A model generated the notes under the pieces. That model worked only from the letters and a program-made list of their open reading frames with translations. It was not told where the DNA came from and did no database searches. The position numbers and the translations under genes were made by a program. A stretch of 62,243 nucleotides of DNA, counting the filler. It is 8 parts of 8 records of this genome, joined end to end, with 100 filler letters (N's around TTAATTAATTAA, not from the genome) between each part and the next. Parts side by side here need not be neighbours in the genome. Positions count along the whole stretch, not along the records: positions 31,893 to 38,528 come from SRR31147125_30460; positions 38,629 to 46,367 come from SRR31147125_30490; 6 more parts are not named here. The stretch is one strand, 5' to 3'. Shown here in pieces: positions 32,042 through 43,620 of this stretch. The first letter of the stretch is position 1; every line of letters starts with the position of its first letter.

Positions 32042-32958
32042 ATGCGTATATTTTTGTTGTTTCAGGATCCATCTTATGTCCACGAAAGAATAGGAAATTA
32101 TATCTGGGCTCCTGAAAAGCTCTTTAGCGACATAGGCAAATATAATTGGGAAAACATTAAACGAATGCAAAAAGGCGATGTAGTTTACAGCATTGTTAAA
32201 GATAAAATAGTATCTGTAAATATTATTACATCTGATCCGAAAAGAAGAAAAAACCTGTTGATTTAGATATTCCAGCTGCTGGTGAAGGCTGGTATATACA
32301 AGCCAATTATTCGCAATTAAAAAGATCAATTCTTCTAAACGAAAAACACACTGCAGAAATAACTAAATTAAGTGTAGAAAGGGAAATTCCTTTTGATGAA
32401 GAAGGAAAACCTAAAGATGGACATATATTTGAAATATCTTACGAAGCACACAAGTATATGATAGGACTTGTTTCAACGTACAATTTTACAAGTAATTTCG
32501 ATTTACCAGAGCTGCAAAAAGAAGACGTTGTGCTTGTTCATCAATTGGAACATCTTCTAGAAAAATACGAAGCAAAAGAGCAAAAAGCTCTTGCTGTCAG
32601 AATGGGAATTTTAGATACCATTTTAAAGCAGAGGTTATTACGGCACACCAAAAAATGTGCTGTATGTGATATTGATTATACAGAGTTTTTATCAGCCGTT
32701 TACTGCAAGCCTTGGGAGGATGCTTCCACATCCGAAAGGTTGGACATTAATAATTTGCTATTAATGTGCCCGCTGCACAGAGATATGTTTGAAAAAGGTC
32801 TAATCTCCTTTAATGACAAAGGAATGATAAAGATTTCAAGCCAAATGAAATTTGAAAAATTTAAATCGCTTTCAATAAATATGTTTACATCAATTAATTT
32901 AACTGATGAACAGCTGGATTATATGGACTGGCATAATAAAAACGTATTCAAAGAATAA
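32042..32958 (+). CDS. EVE/PUA-like domain plus HNH fusion (type IV restriction-like), HNH site degenerate; one frameshift
   Basis: ORF 32042-32266 (YIWAP, MQKGDVVYS) continues after the A-runs at 32239-32253 as KPVDLDIPAAGEGWYIQANY..PFDEEGKPKDGHIFEIS into ORF 32458-32958 (CAVC, KPW, ERLD, N, CPLH, GLISF); about 305 aa. Confidence 0.78.
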
Positions 32959-32986
32959 ATTAAAAAAACAACATTGCATTTATTAC

Positions 32987-33020
32987 AAGACATAGTTTAA
33001 GTATACAAATTATGTCTTTT
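32987..33020 (+). terminator. Possible intrinsic terminator
   Basis: AAGACATAGTTT..AAATTATGTCTT hairpin followed by T residues. Confidence 0.35.
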
Positions 33021-33077
33021 AATTTGCAAACTACTTTAAAAGAATAACAAAATACATTTATTATAATGTCCCTTTTA

Positions 33078-33106
33078 TTGCTAATTACAAAAGATACGGT
33101 TATAAT
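33078..33106 (+). promoter_or_regulatory. Putative sigmaA promoter of mutS2
   Basis: TTGCTA-N17-TATAAT. Confidence 0.55.
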
Positions 33107-33175
33107 GTTATTATACTGTATATTAAGTAAAATAAAAATAGAATAAGAACACAGAATATTTTAGGTTATAAATAT

Positions 33176-35523
33176 ATGAATAAGAAATCATTAATCAAAT
33201 TAGAATTAGATAAAATCATTGATATGGTAGTTGATAACTGCATGTCAAAATCGGGCAAAGAAATTGCACTGAAAACATCACCTATGACAAATCCTTTAGA
33301 AATAAATACTGCATTAGATGAAGTTGACGAAGCTTTCTGCTGCCTTGAAAATACTAACAATCACCCTATTCGTAGATTTGATGAAATAACAAGTGACGTT
33401 AACAGAGCCAAAATCGGGGCATGTCTGCACGGTGGACAATTGCTTTCTGTAGCATCATTTTTAGGTGTATCAAGAGAGAGTAAAAACTCCATTGCAGACA
33501 GTGAATTAGATATCCCAATATTAAAAGGATATGCTGATTTATTAATTATAGACAGATTTATAGAAAACCAAATAAAAAAATGTGTTTTATCAGAAGATGA
33601 TGTAGCAGATGATGCATCAGAAAAACTTTATGAAATACGTAAAAGCATCAGAAAAAAACAAAGCCAAATAAGAGAAAAAATGGACAGTATGCTAAGGTCA
33701 GCATCTTCATATCTGCAAGAAAGTATAATTACAATGCGTTCAGGAAGGTATGTGCTTCCAGTAAAGGCCGAATACAAGGCAAATGTAAAAGGTATAGTTC
33801 ATGATGTCTCGTCATCTGGTTCAACTGTTTTTATTGAGCCTATGTCCGTTGTCGAGCTTAATAACTCTATACGCACTTTGGAACAAGAAGAGCAAAAAGA
33901 AATTCAAAAAATTCTTCAGTACCTATCATCATTAATTTTAGAACAGGCAGATATCATTTTACTAACGTTTAATACATTAAGCAAACTGGATTGGATTTTT
34001 GCAAAAGCAAAGCTAGCTATAGATATGGAAGCAATACGTCCAGAAATAAATGACCAAAGGTATATTAACATAGTTAAAGGTCGCCATCCATTAATAAGCA
34101 AAGATGATGTGGTTCCCACTAGCATATGGTGCGGAAAAGATTTTGACTGCCTTATTGTAACTGGCCTAATACAGGAGGCAAAACAGTTTCTTTAAAAACA
34201 TGTGGACTATTTGTACTAATGGCACAGTCTGGATTATTGATACCAGCTAATAAAGGGACTACATTACCTATCTTTAAAAGTGTATATGCAGATATCGGCG
34301 ATGAACAATCCATAGAGCAAAGCTTATCTACCTTTTCATCGCATATGAAGAATATAGTTAGTATTACAGAAAAAGCAGACAATGAATGTTTAGTTCTATT
34401 AGATGAGCTAGGAGCAGGTACTGATCCTACAGAAGGTGCTGCCCTTGCTATAAGTATATTAGAAAATCTAATTGCAGTAGGCGCTCTTGTATTTGCAACT
34501 ACACACTATAGTGAGCTAAAAGCTTTTGCTCTAACAAAAGACAGAGTAGAAAATGCTGCAATGGAATTTAACGTAAAAACTCTATCTCCAACCTATAAAA
34601 TGGGAATCGGAATACCTGGTAAATCAAATGCTTTTGAAATATCAAGGCGATTAGGTCTTGATGAAGATATTATCAAAAAAGCCCGCCTGCATATCGATGA
34701 GGAAGGTGTAAAATTTGAAGACATTATTCAATCAGCAGAACGTAATCGTCTATCGTCAATAAAGTTACGTAAAGAAGCTGAGCAAATGCACCAAGATGCC
34801 AAAAAGCTTAGAGACCGTCATCAGGATGAATGGAACAAAATATATGCAGAACAGCAAAAGGAAATTCAAAAGGCTAAAGAAGAAGCTAACAATATACTAA
34901 AAGAAGCTAAAGAAAAGTCGGATGAAGTAATAAAACGATTAAAAAAGCTGGAAAAAGGTAGTTACTCAAATCTTGATAGAGAAAGACAAGAGATATCCGA
35001 TTCACTAAAAAGTGCACAAAAAGACTTTGAATATATTAAAAAAGATAAGATTATTACACAAACCATAAAACCGAGCCAGATAAAGCCCGGGCAAAGCATT
35101 AAGCTTGTCGATACAAACACCCAAGCTACTATACTAAAAGTGCCAGATTCAAAAGGAAGAATTCAAGTGCAAGCAGGAATTATTAAGCTAACCACTACGA
35201 TTGATAACATCGAGCTTACAACACCTCCTAAGCCAAAACATTCTCATGGTTCATCTAGAAAAGGTTTAAAAACAAATACTGCCTCACTAGAATTGGATAT
35301 TAGAGGCTGTAGTGCAGAGGAAGGAATAATGCAGCTCGATTTATATCTTGATAACGCTTTCACCTCCCATCTGCCCTCTGTACAGATAATTCATGGTAAA
35401 GGAACAGGTGTATTAAGAAGTGCTGTTCATAGATATTTAAAAACTCATCCTCACGTAGCTAAATATCGCCTTGGAAAATATGGTGAGGGAGAAGACGGAG
35501 TAACTGTTGTAACTATTAAATAA
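33176..35523 (+). CDS. mutS2: MutS2 (endonuclease / ribosome-collision factor) with KOW and Smr domains; one frameshift
   Basis: GIVHDVSSSGSTVFIEP, GRHPL; Walker A TGPNTGGKT restored by +1 nt at 34163-34166; DIGDEQSIEQSLSTFS, LDELGAGTDP, IIHGKGTG. Confidence 0.95.
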
Positions 35524-35674
35524 GTGTTTTTGCAAATGCCAGAATTTGTTTAATCATGTATAATTTATTGTAATGCTGTGCATTGTTCACATTAGTGTAA
35601 CATTTTTGTGTTTCAATTAACATAGGAATTGTTTATTGTATATACAAATTATAAATAGATATGGAGGCACGATA

Positions 35675-36364
35675 ATGAATGAAAATGTAAATATTTTAGT
35701 AGTTGATGATGATGTAAATATTGGTCATCTTATCAAACTCTACCTAGAGAAAGAGGGTTTTTCTGTTTCTATTGCATTACGAGGAGATGAAGCACTACAA
35801 ACTTTCAAAAGCGGTAGTTTTCATCTTATTATATTGGATATCATGCTTCCAGGATTAGATGGCTGGGATGTATGCAGAGAAGTGCGTAAAATCAGCGAAG
35901 TTCCTATTATAATGCTCACAGCTAAAGGCGAAACTTTCGATAAAGTATTAGGCTTGGAACTAGGTGCAGACGATTATATGGTAAAACCATTTGATCCTAA
36001 AGAATTAGTTGCACGCATCAAGGCTATGCGCAGGAGAGCCGTACCAAAAACTCAAGGTGGCAACATAATTGAATTTGATAATTTAATTATAAATATGAAT
36101 ACTTATTCTGTTGAATATTTCGGAAAGCTAATGGAATTACCTCCAAAAGAGATGGAACTTTTGTTTTTTCTTGCTAATCATAAAAATAATGTTTTTACCA
36201 GAGAACAGCTTTTAGAACAAGTATGGGATTTTGATTATTTTGGCGATTCCAGAACGGTTGATGTCCACATAAAAAGATTAAGAGAGAAATTCCCTGCTAC
36301 CGCAGAAGTTTCTTGGAAGATTAAGACTGTATGGGGTGTTGGTTATAAATTTGAGGTAAAATAA
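35675..36364 (+). CDS. OmpR/PhoB-family response regulator
   Basis: VVDDD, LDIMLP, LTAK, GADDYMVKPF, RTVDVHIKRLR, TVWGVGYKF; GGAGG RBS before ATG at 35675. Confidence 0.95.
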   Translation: MNENVNILVVDDDVNIGHLIKLYLEKEGFSVSIALRGDEALQTFKSGSFHLIILDIMLPGLDGWDVCREVRKISEVPIIMLTAKGETFDKVLGLELGADDYMVKPFDPKELVARIKAMRRRAVPKTQGGNIIEFDNLIINMNTYSVEYFGKLMELPPKEMELLFFLANHKNNVFTREQLLEQVWDFDYFGDSRTVDVHIKRLREKFPATAEVSWKIKTVWGVGYKFEVK

Positions 36365-37776
36365 TGTTTCGTTCTATCTACGCCAGAATGCTTATAACCT
36401 ATATAATGATTGCGGCTTTTACCTTGCTTTTGCAATCAGTTCTTTTGGTTCAACTATATAAAAAGTCATATGTGGAAATTACAGCTCAGAGTACAATACA
36501 TCAAGCAGAACAAATTTCAAAAATACTCTCTTCACCAGAAAATGACAGTCAGCGTTCTATTTCTTTACTGCTTCATACACTTGAAGCATACGAGACAGAT
36601 TCAACTCATTTATGGCTAGTTGACAAAAATGGTATAGTTCTGGAAGTTAATAAAGGCGAAATACCATACATTACAGAAGAACAACTTAAAACGACATTAA
36701 AAAGGGTTTTTGAAGGTGATACAGTAACCTTAGAAAACAAGCCTTCCACTTTAAAATCTATTGTCACAGTTACAGTTGCTGTACCTGTCTTTGAAAATAA
36801 TAATATAAAATATGCTATATTTCTAAACGAGCAAATAGATAAAGCCGAAGGTCTTGACTATATGTTTTATAGACACATGTCTATATCCACTATTATTACA
36901 ATATTAATCAGTGCTTTATTAGTATTAATTTCGTCAAGGCATATTACTTTACCGATAAAACAGCTTAATAAAATGTGTGTTGACATTAGTAACGGTAATT
37001 TCGATACTCAAATATTAACAAGCGGTCAAGATGAGATAGAACAGCTTGCCACATCGTTTAACGATATGGCTCAGAACCTAAAAAGACATGAAACACTACG
37101 GTCTTCTTTTGTTGCAAACGTTTCTCACGAACTAAGATCTCCTATAACATCAATTCATGGATTTGCTAAAGGTATGTTAGATGGGACGGTTGAAGCAAAA
37201 GATAGAAAAAAATATACAAAAATTATAGTAGATGAAAGCATGAGACTAAAAAAGCTAATCAACGAGCTGCTAGATTTATCTCAAATAGAATCTGGTGATT
37301 TCCCGCTACATCTTTCTAAGTTTGATATAAATGAACAGATACGAAGAGTAATAATCAGATATATAGATAGAATGGAAGAAAAAAATATAGAGCTTAACGT
37401 CTCTTTGTATCATGATCAAAGCATGGTCTTTGCAGACGTAGACAGAATAGATCAAATACTTGTTAATCTTATAGATAATGCACTAAAATTCACTCCAGAA
37501 AAAGGTAAAATAAGCATCTGGACAAGAATTGAAGAAGAAAAAGTATTAATCGGTGTAAGCGATACAGGCTGTGGTATACCGCAAGAGGATCTTGACTATA
37601 TATTTGAAAGATTTTATAAATCCGACAAATCCCATACAAATAAAGTAGGTACAGGATTAGGTCTTTCGATCGTTAAAAAGATTTTAGACCAGCATGGAGA
37701 GACAATATTAGTCAGATCTTCACAAAACAAAGGAACACAGTTTATTTTTACATTGACCAGTACAGAAGTAAATTAA
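36364..37776 (+). CDS. HAMP-domain sensor histidine kinase
   Basis: Two TM helices, HAMP, NVSHELRSP H-box, NLIDNALKF, DTGCGI, GTGLGL. Confidence 0.95.
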   Translation: MFRSIYARMLITYIMIAAFTLLLQSVLLVQLYKKSYVEITAQSTIHQAEQISKILSSPENDSQRSISLLLHTLEAYETDSTHLWLVDKNGIVLEVNKGEIPYITEEQLKTTLKRVFEGDTVTLENKPSTLKSIVTVTVAVPVFENNNIKYAIFLNEQIDKAEGLDYMFYRHMSISTIITILISALLVLISSRHITLPIKQLNKMCVDISNGNFDTQILTSGQDEIEQLATSFNDMAQNLKRHETLRSSFVANVSHELRSPITSIHGFAKGMLDGTVEAKDRKKYTKIIVDESMRLKKLINELLDLSQIESGDFPLHLSKFDINEQIRRVIIRYIDRMEEKNIELNVSLYHDQSMVFADVDRIDQILVNLIDNALKFTPEKGKISIWTRIEEEKVLIGVSDTGCGIPQEDLDYIFERFYKSDKSHTNKVGTGLGLSIVKKILDQHGETILVRSSQNKGTQFIFTLTSTEVN

Positions 37777-37809
37777 AATTAATTTAAATATTAAACAAGA
37801 GGTGAAACT

Positions 37810-38528
37810 ATGGAAAACTTTGAATATGAGTATAATCAGTCTCCTAAATCAGGCGGCGGCGGAAAAGTAGCATTAATAATTGTTATAATTATCTTATTCG
37901 GATTAGCTTTTTTAATGGGAGCTTTGTCTAGAGATTATTTTAACTCACAACCGGAAAATAAGCTATCAGAGTTAAGTAATGCTCCAGAAGATACTGATAT
38001 ATATTCGGAATTTACTGCTACTCCTGAAATTGTATCAACCCCTACTCCTGAACAAAGTGAACAGCCATCACAAACACAAAGTATCATTTTACCATGTGCA
38101 GATATTCCAACTATTGTCGAAGCTGTATCAGATGGTGTTGTAAGCGTAACGTGCTACTATTCATCTTCATCAAAAAATATTGATGATTGGGAACCTATGT
38201 CTTACGGAACAGGTGCAATAATATCATCCGATGGATATATTGTAACAAACAATCATGTTATTGATGAAGCTGGAAATATTAGCATAACATTGTCAGATGG
38301 AGAAAAGCTAGCTGCCGAAGTAATAGGAAAGGATAAATATGTAGACTTAGCAGTACTTAAAATCGAAAAAGAAGGGCTGTATAATATTCCTTTCGGAGAT
38401 TCTTCGCAAATCAAAGTTGGTGAACAAGTCATTGCTATTGGCTCACCACTGGGAGATGAATTAACAGGTACAGTTACATCAGGAATAATATCTGCTGTTG
38501 ATAGAGAACTAGTAGTTGACGGTATCCC
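37810..38528 (+). CDS. htrA: HtrA/DegP-family serine protease (3' truncated)
   Basis: TM anchor, GTGAIISSDGYIVTNNHVI, DLAVLKI, AIGSPLG..TVTSGIIS. Confidence 0.9.
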
Positions 38529-38628
38529 NNNNNNNNNNNNNNNNNNNNNNNNNNNNNNNNNNNNNNNNNNNNTTAATTAATTAANNNNNNNNNNNNNNNN
38601 NNNNNNNNNNNNNNNNNNNNNNNNNNNN
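38529..38628. other. Artificial contig linker
   Basis: N44-TTAATTAATTAA-N44. Confidence 0.99.
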
Positions 38629-39015
38629 AAAAAAAGCCGATGGTGTATGCAAAGCTAACATAATTATGGAAACAAAAGCGCACAATGTCCCGAAAAGGTT
38701 CTTTGCTAAATAAAATATCGGAATCAATACAAAAACCCCACAACATAAAGAGACTATTCTCCCAGCCAACTCTATATCATTAATGATAAACGAAGATAGA
38801 GCCACAAACATAGGATACATTGGAGTCCAATATGGATGTAAACCCGACATAAATTCGCCCTTTGCGAAAGAAGCAGCTATCTGGAGATAATGAGGCTCAT
38901 CCCATCCTATTGCAAAATGATATCTCATTAATAATAACCGATATAAAACAGCACCGATTAAAATTCCAATAAGAATGAATATTTCCGATCTATTTTTAGT
39001 CTTTATCCAATCCAA
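38629..39015 (-). CDS. GT-C fold (PMT/ArnT-like) membrane glycosyltransferase (3' truncated)
   Basis: TM helix followed by GWDEPHY, PMYP, AGRIVS. Confidence 0.75.
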
Positions 39016-39090
39016 TTTAATCCTTAATCCTTTTATTCTACATTTTTAAGAGTTTAGTATAACTCGCGCTCATTACTTCATTTTTGACAT

Positions 39091-40586
39091 CTATTGATTC
39101 GATATGGAAACAAAATTTTTCAGGTGACCATATCCTTGCAAACGATCGTCACGTTTATTTAATTTTTCAAAAAAAGATTCCCGAATTTCACGAACATTAA
39201 TTTCGCCCATAATAAAGAGCAAAAAACAGTAAAATACAAATAAAATAACACCAACCACAAAAACCATGAAACCCTGAACGTTAAAAAATAACGAACAGAA
39301 ATAAATAATAAATGAGGCGATTGTAATCCGCATCAACATCATTTTATTGATCGAAACTTGAAATCTTTTAATAACGATAATACCCGCAATAACAGAACCA
39401 ACCAGGAACGCCACGGTCGTTGATACAGCAGCCCCAACAGTACCCCACAATGGGATCAGGATGACATTTGATACAATATCGAGAACCAGGACGATCCCGG
39501 TAATACTAAATGAAATAATGGGTCTATTGTCAGCATTTATTACTGTTGTAAATAACGAGAACAAAGCTAATGCTGACATGCCAAAAATCAAAATTCTTAA
39601 AACATCTCCTCCCGCACTATAATCCCCGGAAAATAATAATACAATAACCTCACGACCAAAGGCCAAAGTGAGGAGAGACAATGGTAAAACAAAAATAGAT
39701 AAATAGCGAATAGCAGAATAAATAACTTGCTGAATTCTCTCCGTGTTCTTCTCACTTATAGCCCTTGACAATACAGGCAATATAGTAGCAGATAAACCAA
39801 AGAACAAATAATAAGGTATCCGGGCTATAACAGATGCCGACACATAATAGGCAGAGGAAACTGTCCCTAAAAAATATTTTACAAGCCATAAATCGACATT
39901 GAGAAGTAAATTTACAACCAATGCATAAAAAGCAACAGGCACAGCAAATTTCACAATCTCATGATTCTCAATGTCGCTTTTATCCTCATCCTTTTCAAAT
40001 AGCTCCTTTCTTGCCCACAAAAGCCCGACCAGTAAACCCACAGCCGAACCCGCGATATTAGCCACGAGTGCGCCTGTCACAGAATTTGTTACAGAAACAA
40101 AAAGAATAACAAAACCTAATTTGCTTATTGAATACAAACTGATAAGAATTGCCTGTTTCCCAAATTGTCGTAGTCCGTTCTGTAAAGAAAAAAGACGAAA
40201 TAAAACCCATAAATCCATATGTCCCAAATTGCAATTCGAAGATAGAATTTCAAATGACCATCTTTTAAAACATTCGAAATTAAAGGAGCCACGAAAAAGG
40301 ACAAAACAAATATGACTAAAATGTATATGAATTGATACCGGTTAACAATTCTCAAAATACTATTGACTTTCCGCTCGTTTGCGGAAACAAATTTCTGTAC
40401 GGCAGTAGGAAAACCACTTATAACTCCCACCTCAATCCACAACAAAAGGGACATGACAACTCCGTACATGCCAAATCCTTCTGGCCCCAAATACCTTGCT
40501 AGCCAAATGTTAAGCAAATATCCGGTAAAAAGTTGTACGGTCCACCCGATTACAAGATAAATTGTTCCTTTTTTTAATCCCGTCAT
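39091..40586 (-). CDS. Wzx-type flippase (one frameshift)
   Basis: ORFs 40125-40586 and 39091-40227 join (YFVFFSLQNGLR) with +1 nt in the A6 run at 40188-40193; ARYLGPEGFG, LIPLWGTVGAA. Confidence 0.87.
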
Positions 40587-40597
40587 TTATTGTACCT

Positions 40598-42307
40598 TTA
40601 AACTCCCCAACCAAAAATCAACACTGTTCCCATCCTGGTACGAAGAGGTTCCCCCAAGCGTTCATGTATATAGTTCTTCACCTCTATTGGTGTATATAAA
40701 GGTGTCTCAAATAGGTATTTTTCAATAATTATCCATCCTCTTTCATGAATATTTAATAATTCGTGCAGTTGTTCCTGACTTTGAATGCACTCTACACCGG
40801 CATAATAATCAACCCATTTTCCTTCTTCATTTTGACTCTCTTCAGTTTGGGCTTGTCTTAATAGAGACCAATTTAAAGCGTAATCAGCTGGCTTTCCATA
40901 ATAAAGGCTTGTCAATGGCAAGCTGGAAATCATCAAGTCTTGCGGCCGCATATTTTTCTCGAGAATGTGCGTTCCTTGCCGCCATTCATTTGGAGTTACC
41001 GCCATATTCGTTACTCCATCACCATTAAACGGTATATTCAGGGAGATACGCGCCCAGGGTGAAAGAAAAAATACAACAAGAATGGCAGTCGATAACAATA
41101 CACCAGTATATTTTTCCAACAGACCATTTTGAAACAGTTTTAATTTTTTCCACATTTTACCATTCTCCAGGATCATCCTTGATTCAGCTTGAATAATGTT
41201 GGTAATCCCAAATGCGGCTAACATCAGAAAGAATGGATATACATGAAACATGTATTTCGGATCTCTGTGGGTGAAAACAAACGACAATAAAAAAACAGGA
41301 CATATAAAAGCGAATAGTAAGAGTATACCTGTTTTATGAAAACGTCCCATGGCCTGTAGACTGCCAATGATAAAAAAAGCAGCCAAAGGAAAACGATAGG
41401 GAGAGATCAAAAACTCAAATAATAAAAGAGGATTTTGAGCTGTTACAGCGCCCTCTGCCCATGGTGGTGTGTAATTTAAAAAATACTGTATCTTTCCTCT
41501 TAATGCTGGTGATATAATCATTAGAATACAAGAGCCAATAATAAGAGCCAGAGAAGCCAAAACATACTTGTTTCGTATTTTTTCATACCTTTTATTAAAC
41601 ATGACGGCAGGTAAGGCCATAAACAGGATATACAGAAATAGGCCAAATAGAAGAAAAACAATCGCCAGGTGCACATGAAAATAGGCAACGTAAGCAGATA
41701 TCAGAACCACTATAAACCAAATGGGTGATATTCCAATGCTTTGCCAAAAACGTTTAATCCAGTGAAAACCTGCAATACTTTTTGTTTCCTTCACACTCTT
41801 GTTATTTTTTACGTTTGCTTCAAATGCTCGAACAAACGCGAAAACCAGGATCAGGCTTAAAAATTGCAGGAGTGTATACATTCTCGCAGTCCTGGACCAA
41901 CCAATTTCAAAATGAGAAAAAGCCATAAAAAATGCTGTAAAAAAACCAACCATCTGATTGAAAAACTTTTTCCCTATATAATAAACCAATAAAATTGACA
42001 ATACACCAAAAACCACAGCGGTCAGGCGAGTAGATACCTCACTCACACCGAATAACTTGAAAAACAAACCTGTAATATAGGAATAAATAGAAGCTCGGGT
42101 ATAACCAATTCCTGAAGGTAGAGTTAATCCTCCGCCTTCTAACCAGGACTGAGCTGCATATAGTGAATTTAATTCATCAACCCACAAGCTAGGCACACCC
42201 AGATTCCACAATCTTAGAAATCCACCGATAGCCAAAATAATAATAAGGAGAATCAGCTCCCATCCTCGTTTCACAGTCCACGTGCTCCTTTGTAAATTCT
42301 CATTCAA
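40598..42307 (-). CDS. GT-C fold (PMT/ArnT-like) membrane glycosyltransferase
   Basis: LRLWNLG..SLWVDE, RLTAVVFG, SRTARMY; many TM helices and a C-terminal soluble domain. Confidence 0.82.
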   Translation of the reverse strand: MNENLQRSTWTVKRGWELILLIIILAIGGFLRLWNLGVPSLWVDELNSLYAAQSWLEGGGLTLPSGIGYTRASIYSYITGLFFKLFGVSEVSTRLTAVVFGVLSILLVYYIGKKFFNQMVGFFTAFFMAFSHFEIGWSRTARMYTLLQFLSLILVFAFVRAFEANVKNNKSVKETKSIAGFHWIKRFWQSIGISPIWFIVVLISAYVAYFHVHLAIVFLLFGLFLYILFMALPAVMFNKRYEKIRNKYVLASLALIIGSCILMIISPALRGKIQYFLNYTPPWAEGAVTAQNPLLLFEFLISPYRFPLAAFFIIGSLQAMGRFHKTGILLLFAFICPVFLLSFVFTHRDPKYMFHVYPFFLMLAAFGITNIIQAESRMILENGKMWKKLKLFQNGLLEKYTGVLLSTAILVVFFLSPWARISLNIPFNGDGVTNMAVTPNEWRQGTHILEKNMRPQDLMISSLPLTSLYYGKPADYALNWSLLRQAQTEESQNEEGKWVDYYAGVECIQSQEQLHELLNIHERGWIIIEKYLFETPLYTPIEVKNYIHERLGEPLRTRMGTVLIFGWGV

Positions 42308-42340
42308 CTTATATAAAATAAAATCTTAACGGATTAAAGG

Positions 42341-43240
42341 TCAACCTCCAATCCGTGGCCCACGAATAAAACCATACGTATAGGCTAAAAGTCCTAACAA
42401 AATTATGGGATATAATAAAAGATAATTAACAAACAATTTACGACTCGAAAATATAAATCTTTTGCCAATCACCAATGTTCTGTAAAAAGGAATAAAAGGT
42501 ATTAAAAAAGGATATTTTAATAAAAAACCACCAGGACGTTTTATTCTTCTTCTTGTTTCTTTGGCGCCCTCACCTAATGATACCTGGTTTCGTATAAAAT
42601 GAATAAATGATGTTCTATTCATGTGAGTAATTCTAGCTTCCGGATTAAAATAAATCCTCTCCCCGCTTGCAATAGCATTGCCACAAAAACTGGTATCTTC
42701 GCCTTTTAAAAAATTTGGAAAATATCCGACCTTTTCAAAAACAGTTTTATTAACCGACAGATTACAAGATGGCAGAGCCATAACCTCCCCGGCTTTTGCC
42801 CAGGGATTCATTTCATTAAACTCAACGAGATATTCTGAAGTCCCAAATATACTTTTGGGCGTTCCGTTTGCAACACTCCCTCCCGCAATATTGTAGCCGG
42901 TTTGATGAATGTCCCACAACTTTCTCATCCATTTTCTGTCTGTTATACAATCAGTATCCGTAAAAAACACTATATCACCTTTTGCTTTTTCAGCCCCAAA
43001 GGAACGTGCCTTACCAGGCAGCGCCCTTTGTTTCAGGTGGAAAAACTGCACTGAAGGAAAAGATTTATTAATTTCCTCGCTCATATCTTCAGGGGAGCTA
43101 TCGACAACAATAACTTCATATGGAACATTAATGTCCTGCTGCATAACAGAATCAAGACAATTGAAAAGATCCTTATTGGGTCGATATGAAGGTATTACAA
43201 CAGAAATACTTATTGGTCCTGATTTTCCTTCATAATTCAT
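42341..43240 (-). CDS. Glycosyltransferase family 2
   Basis: SVVIPSY, VVDSS, FTDTD, GEDT; ATG at 43240 follows AGGAG. Confidence 0.88.
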   Translation of the reverse strand: MNYEGKSGPISISVVIPSYRPNKDLFNCLDSVMQQDINVPYEVIVVDSSPEDMSEEINKSFPSVQFFHLKQRALPGKARSFGAEKAKGDIVFFTDTDCITDRKWMRKLWDIHQTGYNIAGGSVANGTPKSIFGTSEYLVEFNEMNPWAKAGEVMALPSCNLSVNKTVFEKVGYFPNFLKGEDTSFCGNAIASGERIYFNPEARITHMNRTSFIHFIRNQVSLGEGAKETRRRIKRPGGFLLKYPFLIPFIPFYRTLVIGKRFIFSSRKLFVNYLLLYPIILLGLLAYTYGFIRGPRIGG

Positions 43241-43620
43241 TTTTCTCAAAAAACTCCTAAAACTTTTTAATATCAATTACAATGAAATTTTATGGATCGA
43301 ATCATGCAATCTATCTTACTTTTTGAGTCAGAAATACTATTTTTTTCTCTACAACACAACTATGGCAAAACATTAGAATCGCATCTTGATATTTATTCAA
43401 GTATGAATATAATTACACAGCTATCAAATAAATATTTCATAATCAGGCTAAATATGATATGAATTGACATAGGTAATAAAGCCCAATAAAAAGCGGGTAT
43501 TTTAATGATGTCATTAGCAGGCTCTTTTACTACTTTTCAATCTTGATGAAATAAAATCCCAAGCAATAATAATCAAATAGGCCAGATGTGCAGGATTTTA
43601 GATTCCCTATTAATGCACTT

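Noticed and set aside
34160..34220. mutS2 as a pseudogene or programmed frameshift
   Set aside because: One missing base in the Walker A codons, otherwise intact, and the same error type appears throughout the window
43277..43620. Long AT-rich spacer as a possible ncRNA or small gene
   Set aside because: No convincing stem, RNA motif or ORF with an RBS was found by eye
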